Positions 1-13,270 are shown, numbered from the stretch's first letter. The stretch: DNA of 64,000 bases from Patescibacteria group bacterium (GCA_025999275.1 AP024680.1:1957-65956); one strand, 5' to 3'. The notes: generated from the sequence alone by a model not told the origin. Program-made: numbers and translations.

Positions 1-659
1 AAAAACCCTTTAGCCGCAGTACATCCCACCAGTTACCTGCCGCCTGATTCATAAATTGGGTCTCCGGTGTCGCAATAGAATTTATATGAGAAAAGGAATT
101 GACAAACGAAGAAGTCAAAGCAAAATAGGCAACCGGCAAAAGCCAGAAAGCATTAACAGCCAAGGTGATAAAAGCGAGTTTTATTACACGAACAAATCCG
201 CCTTTTTTAAACCTAAGAATCGCCTCTAAAGAAAAAGCCACCAGGAAAACAACATAAACCAAAAACAAAGTTTGAACATAAAAGGCGGTTGTTCCTAAAA
301 AAGAAATCAATATAAAAAGAACTAAACCCCTTCTCTCCCCTTTCTCCAAATACCTTGTGGCAAAAAATAAAAACCAAGGTAAAAAACCATAGAAAAAGAC
401 AAAAGCCTCAAACGGAACAAAAAAATATTGAACTGTGGCTAAATTAAAAAGATAAAAGACAGACCCAACAAAACCAGCCAGTTGCTTAAACATTCCCTCC
501 GATCGCAAAGAAAGCCTATCCTTAATAAAAAAGTAAACTCCAAGAGGACCTAAAAAAAGCATCAGAAAAGTCAAAAAATAACGAATCAAATTAGATGGTA
601 AAACAAAACTCAAAAGTAAAACCAAAACTTGACGAGGCAAATCTGAAGCATGCGCCATC
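1..659 (-). CDS. polytopic membrane protein, 5' part only (gene continues past window start); possibly glycan-related given the GT neighbour
   Basis: My own translation: ATG at 657-659 (minus) gives MAHASDLPRQVLVLLLSFVL... which is highly hydrophobic, with no stop before position 1. Not in the ORF track because it is truncated. Confidence 0.45.
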
Positions 660-848
660 CCCCCTAAAAGCCCAAGACCTTGATACTCCTGCCAAGCAAC
701 CGAAAGAGATCGCCTGATGTTTTCAAGAGGGTTTAGTTCAGGTAATAAGTTATCCCAACCGAGAAGATGGGTCCCATAAACAAAATTTCTAAAAGCAACA
801 AACGCCCAAATCAAAAGAAGAATAGCAGGAAAAAAGAACTTCAAAAAA

Positions 849-2141
849 TTATGCTTTAAGAAGTGCATAATTAATTTTAAGCAAAGGAGAGACCACTGAC
901 AAGCTCTCTTTCAAATACATTAAGGAAACATCTTCCCAACTCCTACCTCTACATTGAACAGACACCAATTGACCATCCCTCTTTAACAAACTCCCCTTTA
1001 GTGCCCTCTTAAAACTAGTATAGTTAAGATCAAAAATTCTTTCTCCACTTTCATCTTTACTTATATTTTCAGAAAAGGCCCGAGAAACAATATATGGCTT
1101 GCCATACCCCAAACAAAGGGAAAAAGCCCCTGACGCAGACATTTTTGCTCTATAAGGAAAAACAAATAAATCAACCGCAGCAAAAACTCGCTTTACATCG
1201 CAATCAGGTACATAACCTGTATAAACAATACTACCATTAGCTCTTTTAATAACATTCATAAGCTTATTGTAATACTTCCTATACGCTATAGTTCCCTTCA
1301 AAGTAGGACTTTCTCCCCCTGCCACCAAAAGACGTATATTAAGTCTTGGGTTTTCTTTCACAAATCTGGCGAAATTTCTGATTAACCAATCTGTTCCCTT
1401 ATACCAAGAACAATAACCAAAAATACCAATCACTTTTGCATTTTCATCGATACCAAAGTACTTCTTAGAAGCTCTAGAAAACTTAGATGTGATTTTTTTC
1501 CCCTTATCTATTCCGTGAGGAATAATTCTGATTTTTGTTTCATTAACAAAATTTCTAATTCTATCGGCAAGAACTTCGTCATGCACAAAAACTTTATCAA
1601 CAAGTAAGCCAGAAATTGTATAAAAAAGCCTCAGAAGATAATTCAAGATTAATGATTTAAAGCCGTTCCTCTTAATAGCAAGATGGCCAGAAAGAACATT
1701 AATATCATTAACCACCTGATGAAACATTACCTTTGTACTTTTGCCAATAACTTTAAGGGCTACAAGCAAGGCCAAAAACTGAGGAATAACAACCTTTCCT
1801 CCAAAAACACTAAATTCAAACTGCACCAAGAAATCCTTAATAGCACTAAATTCATTTATCTTGGAAAGCAAACTTACAAAAAAACTCAAAGAATTTACTT
1901 TGTAAGTAGGCACCACAAGAATGTTAGGAGATCTTAGAAAAGGTTTCTCATCCTTTTTTCTTGACTCACAAAAAATAACAACTTTTTGACTCTTGGAAAA
2001 ATTTTTTGTTAGAAGATAGGTATAGCGACTTACTGCATTGTCCCTAGCAACTTCCCCGTTTTTGGCAGGGTATGAAGAAATAATCCCGAGCGTGTCGGGA
2101 TTATTAAAGCTATTTATAATATCTTTAGATATTCTTAACAT
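849..2141 (-). CDS. glycosyltransferase, GT-B fold (GT4-like)
   Basis: 430 aa. C-terminal segment VFPYRAKMSASGAFSLCLGYGKPYIVS resembles the GT4 E-x7-E sugar-donor region. Lies upstream of the membrane protein on the same strand. Confidence 0.55.
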   Translation of the reverse strand: MLRISKDIINSFNNPDTLGIISSYPAKNGEVARDNAVSRYTYLLTKNFSKSQKVVIFCESRKKDEKPFLRSPNILVVPTYKVNSLSFFVSLLSKINEFSAIKDFLVQFEFSVFGGKVVIPQFLALLVALKVIGKSTKVMFHQVVNDINVLSGHLAIKRNGFKSLILNYLLRLFYTISGLLVDKVFVHDEVLADRIRNFVNETKIRIIPHGIDKGKKITSKFSRASKKYFGIDENAKVIGIFGYCSWYKGTDWLIRNFARFVKENPRLNIRLLVAGGESPTLKGTIAYRKYYNKLMNVIKRANGSIVYTGYVPDCDVKRVFAAVDLFVFPYRAKMSASGAFSLCLGYGKPYIVSRAFSENISKDESGERIFDLNYTSFKRALKGSLLKRDGQLVSVQCRGRSWEDVSLMYLKESLSVVSPLLKINYALLKA

Positions 2142-2258
2142 AATAAGATTCTTTTAATCCTTAAATAAAATTTTTAAGAATTAAAAAAATCTGGCAAGCT
2201 CTTGCTTAATGTAACCCGTAAGGGAAACAAAAAGTAGTGTGCTTGCCAGTCATCGAGG

Positions 2259-3185
2259 CTACTTTTGCTGGGAAATCCACTCATCAATTTGGGTTTTATC
2301 CCAGGTTAATGGCATGAGCCAAGCCTCAATCGACGAGAATTGAACATTGTCCCTAGCATTTTGCCAGGATACCCAATCCCCATCGATCCTAGCTGCCGTC
2401 CAGCACCCTTCGGCACCAATTGAGGCTTTAAACGTCTTAGTGGACGTATCATACACGCCGGTTACATTGATGCGGGAAGGTTCTGCAAAATCGCAGTTGC
2501 TGGGCAAAACGGCTCCCACCTTATCTCCAGGTTTGAACTGGAGGGTGGTGCCGTCCGACAGGTGAACAAAGATAGGCCAGGAATACCCATTGGCCTTCAT
2601 ATTGTTCACCTTCGCGTCAACAAACTCTGCAACAATTGGTGGTTTTGCCGCGCTGAAATCATCAAGATTCCAGCTAGACGGGTACGCCCATGCCGAAAGT
2701 TCGCGCGCGCGGAAAACACCGTCTGAATCGAGATACCGATTATTCCCTGGCATCAAAATCCAAATGTGGTGCTCTTCGGCTAAATCTTTCCGCCCCTCGA
2801 TAATAACTGGGCATCCAGCCAGGCTAGCGTCCGGGTGAGCTCTATCACCCACACGCACTGCCTTGGCTGGATCAAATTCCCACCAACCGGAATCAGTCTT
2901 TTGATCCACCTTCAACTGCACACCAGACTGAACCAGGATACATGGTGCTGTGGCGACCGGTGTCGTCCTTGGAGCGGGAGTCGGCACGATTGCCTGCGAG
3001 GGCAGCACGACAGTCGGCTCGGGTGCTGTCGTAGCCGTCGGCGCAGTCGTGGGCGTGGCGGTCGGCATGACCGTGGCCGTCGGCGTAGCTGCGGGTTCAA
3101 GAAAGCTATCCACTGCCGAACAACCAACCACTGAAGCTAACACTAACAAAGAAATTAACACTAGAAGAAATCTATTCTTCTTCAT
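2259..3185 (-). CDS. lipoprotein of unknown function with Pro/Thr-rich linker; markedly GC-rich gene
   Basis: Signal peptide plus lipobox (LASVVGC). PT-rich spacer (PTATVMPTATPTTAPTATTAPEPT). GC content is visibly much higher than the surrounding DNA. Confidence 0.6.
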   Translation of the reverse strand: MKKNRFLLVLISLLVLASVVGCSAVDSFLEPAATPTATVMPTATPTTAPTATTAPEPTVVLPSQAIVPTPAPRTTPVATAPCILVQSGVQLKVDQKTDSGWWEFDPAKAVRVGDRAHPDASLAGCPVIIEGRKDLAEEHHIWILMPGNNRYLDSDGVFRARELSAWAYPSSWNLDDFSAAKPPIVAEFVDAKVNNMKANGYSWPIFVHLSDGTTLQFKPGDKVGAVLPSNCDFAEPSRINVTGVYDTSTKTFKASIGAEGCWTAARIDGDWVSWQNARDNVQFSSIEAWLMPLTWDKTQIDEWISQQK

Positions 3186-3528
3186 CTTGCACCTCCTCCT
3201 CTTCTAATTCTGTTCTCTTTTCTGAAGAGTTATTTCGTAGGCCTAGAATGATCCAAATTGCAAGGGGAACAAATACCCCCACCAGTAAAACTAAAGACCG
3301 ACCCAAAACAATCCAGTCGACTTTTATATCTATAGCTCTCGATAGGCCGTAGCCGAAAAGAACTAAAGATAATAAACCAACTGGCAACCACCAAAAGGGC
3401 TGATGTTCAACCTCAGCTACCCAATTAAGAATTCTCTTAGAAGTCTTATCGGGCAACACAAGGCCAAAAACAACACCCACTCCCCATATGGTGGCCAGAA
3501 CAACAAAAAATATCAAATCCCATTGCAT
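3172..3528 (-). CDS. small membrane protein with acidic C-terminal tail
   Basis: 118 aa, 3-4 hydrophobic segments, ends ...ELEEEEVQDEEE. Overlaps the downstream lipoprotein start by 14 nt. Confidence 0.4.
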   Translation of the reverse strand: MQWDLIFFVVLATIWGVGVVFGLVLPDKTSKRILNWVAEVEHQPFWWLPVGLLSLVLFGYGLSRAIDIKVDWIVLGRSLVLLVGVFVPLAIWIILGLRNNSSEKRTELEEEEVQDEEE

Positions 3529-3619
3529 AATTACTCCTTTCTTTGAATATTTTCCTCTTGGCCAAGAGACCTAACCACACGGCTAGGGCTTTGAATATTA
3601 GAATCAGGAAACCAGCTCA

Positions 3620-3695
3620 ACCATTGGCCATCAGACATTAATCATCAACCATTAGCCATTAGCCATCAACATTGATCATTAGCTATTATCTTCTA
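3620..3695. repeat. degenerate tandem heptamer repeat (CCATTAG / CATCAAC-like)
   Basis: Reads ...caaccattggccatcagacattaatcatcaaccattagccattagccatcaacattgatcattagc... Confidence 0.4.
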
Positions 3696-4012
3696 ATACC
3701 CACAGCCCTAACCGCTTGGTAGGAAATCTTGGCAAACAAAGAGAAAGAAAGGAGGTGTTAGCTGTTCTTCCACACCAGCAACCATTTCCCTACCTCATCT
3801 GCCTCGATTTTTTAATGTGCTTTTGGCTTTGCCAAAGCATTTTCCTGCCTAAAGGAAAAGTTTGATCGGCCAACTTTTTGTCTTCAAGAATCTTGAAGAC
3901 AAAATCTGACAGATCAAAATAAAAAAAATCCTAAATTCTAATAATTCTAAATTATCAGAAATTAATAAAGTGCTATCCTCTACCCCTTAAGAATTGAATC
4001 TTTAAAGGTGTA

Positions 4013-4252
4013 TCAAAGAGCAATCTTTTTAGAAAAGCGATAAAGAATAAAGGCAGAACCAACTAAGGCTGAAGCGACTAAAAGAGGATAATCTTCAATC
4101 CCGGTTTCAACCGGCTTATGTTCAGGTGCTTTAGCGCCACAAACAACTCCACCACCATAAACGGTTGTACAAACTGTTTCCTGAGCCAAGGCACCATTTG
4201 CCCTGCTCAAAAAAGCAAACAAAATTGCAAATAAAACTATAAGTCTTTTCAT
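4013..4252 (-). CDS. 79-aa secreted mini-protein with C-terminal cell-wall sorting-signal-like tail (putative sortase substrate)
   Basis: Signal peptide MKRLIVLFAILFAFLSRANGALA. About 25-aa mature segment with 3 Cys. Then KPVETG, a hydrophobic stretch (LLVASALVGSAFILY) and basic tail RFSKKIAL. A sortase gene is the next gene upstream. Confidence 0.55.
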   Translation of the reverse strand: MKRLIVLFAILFAFLSRANGALAQETVCTTVYGGGVVCGAKAPEHKPVETGIEDYPLLVASALVGSAFILYRFSKKIAL

Positions 4253-4259
4253 ACTAGTT

Positions 4260-4805
4260 AGGCATTATATACTATAGTTTTTCAAAAGTCAAGTGCTATG
4301 GGATACGGACAAGATTAGTCAATAGCTAGTCCCCGCCTACGGCGGGGTTAGTCAAAGCTGGTCGAAGGTAGTTCACACCCACGGCGGAGTTATCCAAAGA
4401 CAAAAAGAAAAGTTTAAGCAAAAGTTGCAATTAAAAACTTCAGACAAACTCAGGTAGGATAATCACTATATTCTTTCGCCTTCAGCTTAGGAGAAAAAGC
4501 ACCAATCTGGCGAGCTATTCGCTTATACTCATGTTGCAATTGGCTTGTATCTACACTACAAACACAGTTTACTATCTGAAGCAATGTAACAACTTCATTA
4601 GTAGCCTTCAGAAATATTCGTTGCCGCAGAAACCGAAGCCCTCTTAATCTGATCGCACAAAGACCAATCTAAAGCTAGATTTTTATTTTCCTTTATAAGA
4701 GCATAAATCTGTTGAATCAATCGGATTGAAGACTGATAAATTCTCAACTTCTCAACCATAATTCATTCTACCAACTCCAACCAACTTTGACCAACTCCGA
4801 CTAAT
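4260..4805. repeat. intergenic repeat element (R-family copy) containing a disrupted four-helix-bundle gene
   Basis: Carries ccccgcctacggcgggg (4331-4347), the ggttagtcaaagctggtcgaagg motif and ccaactttgaccaactccgac motifs shared with the copies at 6080-6500, 13660-14020 and 55185-55620. Confidence 0.5.
4450..4759 (-). pseudogene. four-helix-bundle (23S-IVS-protein family, PF05635-like) pseudogene, frameshifted
   Basis: My translation: MVEKLRIYQSSIRLIQQIYALIKENKNLALDWSLCDQIKRASVSAATNISEGY then a stop. The next frame continues NEVVTLLQIVNCVCSVDTSQLQHEYKRIARQIGAF.... The NIxEG motif matches the intact paralogs at 23976 and 50085. Confidence 0.5.
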
Positions 4806-5585
4806 TCAGACTTTCAAAAGCCTTGCGTATTTGAAGATACGAATTGGTGAATTTAAAGCCTCGCAGGTATAAAGAATCAAATCAGCCGAATAATCAGTGA
4901 TTTCCTCTCCTTTCCCTTCCGCATAAACCTCATAAACATATTTTCTTTGCCTCCAAATGACCTCAACAGTCTCTCCAACTTTAAGCTTGGGAAGATTGTA
5001 AAAAGAATTCTTCAAGCGATACGGAACGCTCCACCTTAAATAACCGTAGCGGTGAGCGGCAAAAATGACCGGCGCTTTTCTCTCATAAGGAGTACCAAAA
5101 TCAGGAACACGCCAAACGCCAATTTTTAAAGCTTCTTCATAATCTTCATAAGAAGCTTCATTTATTTTTGTATTAATACCAACAGAAGGAATAATCAAAT
5201 AATTCTCAAGAGGAAGAGTTGGATCAAGCCTTGGCTGATAAACCTTTTCTTCAATCTGAGGAGCTGGTATAGAAGGCACATCCTGAGCCTTTCTAAAAAG
5301 CAAATACGATACTTTCCCACCCCCAGCAACCATAAACACCAAAGAAGGTGCATATAAGACAAGAAAGATTAAGATTCCCAAAAAACCAGCATACAAAGCC
5401 AAACGACGCAATATTTTGGCCACACCAACTCTAACCGGAGCCGGAATTATCTGGACCGGTTCAAAATTCTGTCGATAATAAGCTTCAAGATATGTTGGTT
5501 CCATAAAAAAAGAAAAGGGTGCAAAAGCGCCCTTAAGGAGCGGGTAGTACGCCTGCCCTACATACCACCCGCCCCCTAAAGACAC
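4806..5585 (-). CDS. sortase-family transpeptidase
   Basis: N-terminal TM anchor. His motif VIFAAHR. Catalytic Cys motif LILYTCE (TLxTC-like). Downstream Arg (IRIFKYARL). Confidence 0.75.
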   Translation of the reverse strand: MSLGGGWYVGQAYYPLLKGAFAPFSFFMEPTYLEAYYRQNFEPVQIIPAPVRVGVAKILRRLALYAGFLGILIFLVLYAPSLVFMVAGGGKVSYLLFRKAQDVPSIPAPQIEEKVYQPRLDPTLPLENYLIIPSVGINTKINEASYEDYEEALKIGVWRVPDFGTPYERKAPVIFAAHRYGYLRWSVPYRLKNSFYNLPKLKVGETVEVIWRQRKYVYEVYAEGKGEEITDYSADLILYTCEALNSPIRIFKYARLLKV

Positions 5586-5589
5586 TAAC

Positions 5590-6500
5590 TACACCCTTTT
5601 CTTGTTCTAAAATATTATGGGCCAACGATAAAAATTTATCGTTTTAGCCTCATAACTTAAAATTGACTCTTGACAGACTAAAATTTTGGTAATAAATAAT
5701 TTAAATAGGTTTTAATCTAGCCTGTCCTTTCCCGCCCTAGGCGGGAAAAGCCTAAAAAAGAGCATTCCTGCGAAAAAGATTTCTTTTTCGCAAGCTTTGC
5801 TTACTCGTGGCCAATTAGTTCCGATCAGACGGAAAACTTCCAGCGGTAAGCGAGGTTTGTTCTCCCTCGAGAGCAGGATGCTCTTTTTTTTTATTTTCAA
5901 GTACCAACAAAATTCTACCACTCCACCCTCCATTTGTCAAACCCTATAATTTTTAAAAGCCAAAAAACCAACACTCCTATAGTAATCTATAGTCAAAATA
6001 TCCCAAAAAATAGGAATTTTAAAAATCAAAAACAAATTGTGGATAAGTTGGGGAGAAAATTGGGCATCAGACGGGCTAGTCGGAGTTGGTCCCCGCCTAT
6101 GGCGGGGTTAGTCGAAGTTGGTTGAAACTAGTCGAAGTTGGTCAAAGCTAGTCAGAATTTAGTAGCAAAGGGGAGAAGTAAGATTCACGATTTAAGAATT
6201 AAGAATAAAAATAATTCAAAAGTTAAAATTCAAAAAATAAAAATTACAAGTTAAAAGTCAAAGGTTTAATTGCATAATTAAATAATTTTTAATTTTGAAT
6301 TGTTGGCCCAAGGCCAACCAGCCTAGGGCTGATACTTTTGCCTGCCTGCCGGTGTAGGCAAGAATTTTGTCTTTTGACTTTTGAGTTATTATTTTTGTTT
6401 AGAATTTAGTGCTTAGAATTCAGATATTCTATTTCCTATACCCATTCCCCATGATTCATAAATCATAAATCTTTTTCCCCTTACTACTTACTACCGTTTC
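5590..6500. repeat. AT-rich intergenic repeat region (R-family copy 1, best-conserved part ~6080-6500)
   Basis: Carries ccccgcctatggcgggg (6091-6107), TCAAAAG-like heptamer runs, ggcccaaggccaaccagcctagggc, tgcctgcctgccggtgtaggca, cataaatcataaatc and ttactacttactac. It is an inverted copy of 13660-14020. Confidence 0.65.
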
Positions 6501-6518
6501 TGTGGTATCATCAAGAAA

Positions 6519-7838
6519 ATGGCAACACATTCCCAGTTTGTCTGTCAACAATGCGGCTTCTCCCAAGTCAAATGGTCTGGCAAGTGTCCAAACTGCGGCG
6601 CTTGGGGATCAATGGTAGAAGTAACCACACAACACCAAAATAAGAAAGGAAAGGAAAATAAACCAGCAAAAACAATTACTCTTGATAAAGTCAATCTCCA
6701 AAAAACACCAAGAATATCAACTGGAAGTGTTGAGCTTGATCGGGTTCTAGGAGGCGGAATAGTTGCTGGACAGGTAATTTTAATTGCCGGTGAGCCGGGG
6801 ATCGGCAAATCAACTCTTTTAATGCAGCTTTCAAACAAAGTCGCCTCACAATATCAAAAAAAAGTCATCTATGCTTCAGGCGAAGAATCAGCCCTGCAAA
6901 TTGCCACCCGCGCCCAAAGGCTAAAGAGTAAAAATGAAAGAATTGTTATCTGTGAATCAACCGATATTGACTCAATTATTTCAACTTTTGAGGAAAATAG
7001 AGATGATATGCAAGTTGGTATTGTTGACTCAATCCAAACAATGTCAACGGTTGATCTTTCAGGGCTTGCAGGTTCAGTTGGACAGGTTAGAGAATGCGCT
7101 TTCAGACTTGTTAACTTTGCCAAGAAAGAAAATATACCCATTTTTATCGTCGGACATATCACCAAAGAAGGAACTGTCGCCGGCCCTGCCGTACTTGCAC
7201 ACATTGTTGATACAGTTTTGTGGTTTGAGGGCGAAAAATCGCTTCAATTGAGGTTAATTAGGGCGGTTAAAAATCGTTTTGGTCCAACTGACGAGGTTGG
7301 TATTTTTGAAATGACAGACAAGGGGCTAACTTCTCTAACCAATGCAGACAGAATATTTCTAACACAGGGGGCAAAAAATGTTTCAGGAAGCGTGGTTTCT
7401 TCAACCATGCAAGGCACAAGACCTGTTCTTGTTGAAATCCAAAGCCTTACAACTCCCACCAAATCGGCCTTCCCAAAAAGAATTGCACAAGGAATTGACT
7501 CAAAAAGGCTGGAGCTTATTATTGCCATTTTGATTAAACGCTCTTCCCTTCCTCTTTACGATCAAGATGTTTTTGTTAATGTCACAGGGGGAATAAAAAT
7601 AGAAGAAAATGCCTGTGATTTGGCTGTTGCTCTTTCCATCGCATCTTCTTTTTATAACAAACCATTCCCTGCCAAAACTATCGCTGTTGGAGAGCTTGGG
7701 CTTTTGGGAGAAATAAGAGAAGTTGTTGCTTTAGAAAAAAGAATTAAAGAAGCAAAAAGGCTAGGTTTTGAGAATGCAATCTCAGCTAAAGAATTTACCT
7801 ATCTAAACCAAGCCATAAAGGAAACTATAAAGAGATAG
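6519..7838 (+). CDS. radA: DNA repair protein RadA/Sms
   Basis: N-terminal C4 zinc ribbon (CQQCGF...CPNCGAW). Walker A GEPGIGKST. RecA-like core and Lon-protease-like C-terminus. 439 aa. Confidence 0.9.
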   Translation: MATHSQFVCQQCGFSQVKWSGKCPNCGAWGSMVEVTTQHQNKKGKENKPAKTITLDKVNLQKTPRISTGSVELDRVLGGGIVAGQVILIAGEPGIGKSTLLMQLSNKVASQYQKKVIYASGEESALQIATRAQRLKSKNERIVICESTDIDSIISTFEENRDDMQVGIVDSIQTMSTVDLSGLAGSVGQVRECAFRLVNFAKKENIPIFIVGHITKEGTVAGPAVLAHIVDTVLWFEGEKSLQLRLIRAVKNRFGPTDEVGIFEMTDKGLTSLTNADRIFLTQGAKNVSGSVVSSTMQGTRPVLVEIQSLTTPTKSAFPKRIAQGIDSKRLELIIAILIKRSSLPLYDQDVFVNVTGGIKIEENACDLAVALSIASSFYNKPFPAKTIAVGELGLLGEIREVVALEKRIKEAKRLGFENAISAKEFTYLNQAIKETIKR

Positions 7839-8032
7839 AAAGCTGTCAGCCATCAGTCATCTGATATCAGTTTTAATCATCAGAATTAGTTGGATTCGGA
7901 AAGATAGTAGCAAGTATAAAACACAACTTTTGACTTAACTTAGTAATGTGTCAACCTAATACACCGAAAGTTGTACTTGCGGAATATTGCTTGAGGTCTA
8001 GGTAGTCATAAACGAAAATATTTTAGCAAGTG

Positions 8033-8248
8033 TTACTTTGTTTCCCCCTTATTAATAACCTCTTTCCCTTTATCATTATCGTCTCCAAACAATAAATTCT
8101 CCATTTCAATTTCCCTAATTCCATCATCTGGGCCGGCTCCAGAAATAGATTCTTCTGGTTGAAAAATAAACTTATTAGCGGGTATTAACTCTCCAATTTC
8201 ACTCAATCTTTCAGGAAACATAATCAGAATTATATTACTTAATTTCAA
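8033..8248 (-). CDS. hypothetical small acidic protein
   Basis: 71-aa ORF only. Confidence 0.25.
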   Translation of the reverse strand: MKLSNIILIMFPERLSEIGELIPANKFIFQPEESISGAGPDDGIREIEMENLLFGDDNDKGKEVINKGETK

Positions 8249-8261
8249 AAGTGTAAAGTCT

Positions 8262-8834
8262 TCAGCTCAAAGCCTTTAAAATAGACAAATTTGAACATAA
8301 ATCGGTTATTATTAATTTCTCTTGAAAATATTTAATGTTAATCGGAAGGATTGATATACCAGATACAGAAAATCTTCGGCAAAAATCCAAAGATAATTGA
8401 GGAAGTACTACCCTCAATTCCCTTAAATCAAACCTACTATTAATCATTTTTTCTTCTAAATTTTTACCTTCAACAAAAGGGCTAACAGAGGCAAAAGATC
8501 CACAACAAGAACATCTAATCACTTTCTCAATCGGAGCAACCCTCAAAGGCAAAGCCAAATTATTAAATCTTAAATTAAGATGCCAATTTTCTTCTTCAGA
8601 AAATCTTGAAGCACTATTTGTTATCTCTTTGTAAAGATTAATAATTTTAGAAGCTTGACTTTCAGAAAAACTTCTCCATTTGCCCTGATTGTAAACTTTG
8701 ACAACATGTTCACCAAAAAGATAAACCAAAGAATCATTACCAGCAAAATCCCATCTTTCTGAAAGATCACCGCAACAAAAAAACAAAGAGTCAGATAAAT
8801 CAGAAGATCTTAAAAGTTGCCTTCTTTCAATCAC
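8262..8834 (-). CDS. hypothetical Cys-containing protein
   Basis: 190 aa with CCG/CSCCG motifs. No recognisable family. Confidence 0.35.
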   Translation of the reverse strand: MIERRQLLRSSDLSDSLFFCCGDLSERWDFAGNDSLVYLFGEHVVKVYNQGKWRSFSESQASKIINLYKEITNSASRFSEEENWHLNLRFNNLALPLRVAPIEKVIRCSCCGSFASVSPFVEGKNLEEKMINSRFDLRELRVVLPQLSLDFCRRFSVSGISILPINIKYFQEKLIITDLCSNLSILKALS

Positions 8835-8848
8835 TTTTTAAAAGGCAG

Positions 8849-9961
8849 TTATTTATAGCCAACAGGTTTTGAGGTCAAAACTAAACCTAAACTAATTTTC
8901 CTATCTTCTTTATTGATTTCATCTATAAAAACATCAATTTTATCTCCAACTTTAAGATTAGTGGCGGGTGGAATCTTAGTAATATGAAGAAGCCCTTCAA
9001 TCCCAGGCTCAAGTTCAACAAAAGCCCCAAAATCAGAAATTTTAACCACCTCTCCTTTAACCTTCATTTCCACCTTATATTTCTTTTCTGCTTTCTCCCA
9101 AGGATCTCCTTGAGCCTGTTTGATAGAAAGAGCCAAACGGCCGTCTTTAATCTCCAAAACCTTAACCTTAACCTTATCCCCTTCTTTTAAGACCTCAGCT
9201 GGTTTAATCGATTTGCCCCAGGCAATTTCTGAGCTATGAACCAAACCTTCAACCCCTATCTTTTCCTTTTTATAAACAACCTCAATCCTAACAAAAGCCC
9301 CAAAATCAGTAACAGTGGTAACAATTCCATCATAAACTTCTCCCACTTTAAGGTTCGAAATGACCTCTTTTTGTGCTTCAAGCTCTTTTGCCTGAACAAC
9401 AGCCTTTTGGGACAAAATAAGGCGATTTGAATCTTTGTCAAAATCAATAATCTTAAGTTTCAAAATCTTGCCAACCAAATTATTTACATCTTTTAACGTC
9501 TCCTTGGTCAAATGAGACATTGGTACAAAACCAGTTAATCCCAAAATCTCAACAGTTATTCCTGATTGTCCAGCATTTTTAACATCTAAAGAAAGTTCTT
9601 TGCCTTCTTTATAAAATTTCTCCAGCTTTTCCCAAACAAAACCTTTAGCAGATTCACGAAGAGAAATTATTGTATAACCATCTGAAGTTTCAGGAATTAA
9701 AACCGAACCCTCCACTTCATCTCCAACTTCAAGCTGCTTAACAAAATCTTTAGCCTCATTCAAGGCCTTACCAGCTACCATCCCCAAAGATTTACCACCA
9801 ATATCCAAAAGCAAAGATTTGGGGCTCTTTTCTATTACTTTGCCTCTAACTTTTTGGCCAACCTTCAAACTAAAACTTAAACCTTTGGAAGAAGCCAAAA
9901 GATCAGCCATCGTTAATTCTTTTGAAGATTCTGTTTTTTTATTCTTCTTTAGTGCTGTCAC
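8849..9961 (-). CDS. rpsA: 30S ribosomal protein S1 (four S1 domains)
   Basis: Repeated S1-fold motifs (G.KV.G.V..I...G.FV.I, LLH.SEI) across 370 aa. Confidence 0.8.
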   Translation of the reverse strand: MTALKKNKKTESSKELTMADLLASSKGLSFSLKVGQKVRGKVIEKSPKSLLLDIGGKSLGMVAGKALNEAKDFVKQLEVGDEVEGSVLIPETSDGYTIISLRESAKGFVWEKLEKFYKEGKELSLDVKNAGQSGITVEILGLTGFVPMSHLTKETLKDVNNLVGKILKLKIIDFDKDSNRLILSQKAVVQAKELEAQKEVISNLKVGEVYDGIVTTVTDFGAFVRIEVVYKKEKIGVEGLVHSSEIAWGKSIKPAEVLKEGDKVKVKVLEIKDGRLALSIKQAQGDPWEKAEKKYKVEMKVKGEVVKISDFGAFVELEPGIEGLLHITKIPPATNLKVGDKIDVFIDEINKEDRKISLGLVLTSKPVGYK

Positions 9962-10008
9962 TTGTATTTAGAGCCAAAAGCTCCCTCCTTTTATATTTTT
10001 TAGTCTTA

Positions 10009-10135
10009 GGTCTTTCGGCCTTGGCCTATTTTCGCGGGTCCTTGCGAACCAACTATCGTCGGCGCTTAAGCGTTTCACTTCTGAATTCGAAATGGGATCA
10101 GGTGGTTCCGCTTAGCTCTTAAAGACCGAAAGGCC
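10009..10135 (-). rRNA. rrf: 5S rRNA
   Basis: Reverse complement reads ...GCGGAACCACCTGATCCCATTTCGAATTCAGAAGTGAAACGCTTAAGCGCCGACGATAGTTGG... with terminal helix ggcctttcgg / ccgaaagacc. Confidence 0.7.
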
Positions 10136-10225
10136 TAAGACTAAAAGTAAAAAGAATTTTGCCCAAAATAGCAAAGCGAAAGAGAAAAATAGGAAAGGTA
10201 AAAGGTCTTCGACCGATTCGCACTG

Positions 10226-13270
<3,045 letters not shown>

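Noticed and set aside
3540-3800. Possible RNase P, SRP or tmRNA in the 3540-3800 and 4260-4450 non-coding stretches
   Set aside because: None of the universal motifs (RNase P P4 AGGAAAGUCCGGGCUCC-like, SRP domain IV GGAA tetraloop context, tmRNA tRNA-like ends with resume codon) could be recognised by eye. Left unassigned.
3878-3900. Palindrome gtcttcaagaatcttgaagac as a terminator
   Set aside because: Perfect 9-bp stem but no U-tract on either strand. Kept only as a note.
5590-6500. CRISPR array or tandem satellite in the repeat-rich intergenic regions
   Set aside because: The repeats are heterogeneous modules (heptamers, palindromes) without regular repeat-spacer periodicity, and there are no cas genes in the window.
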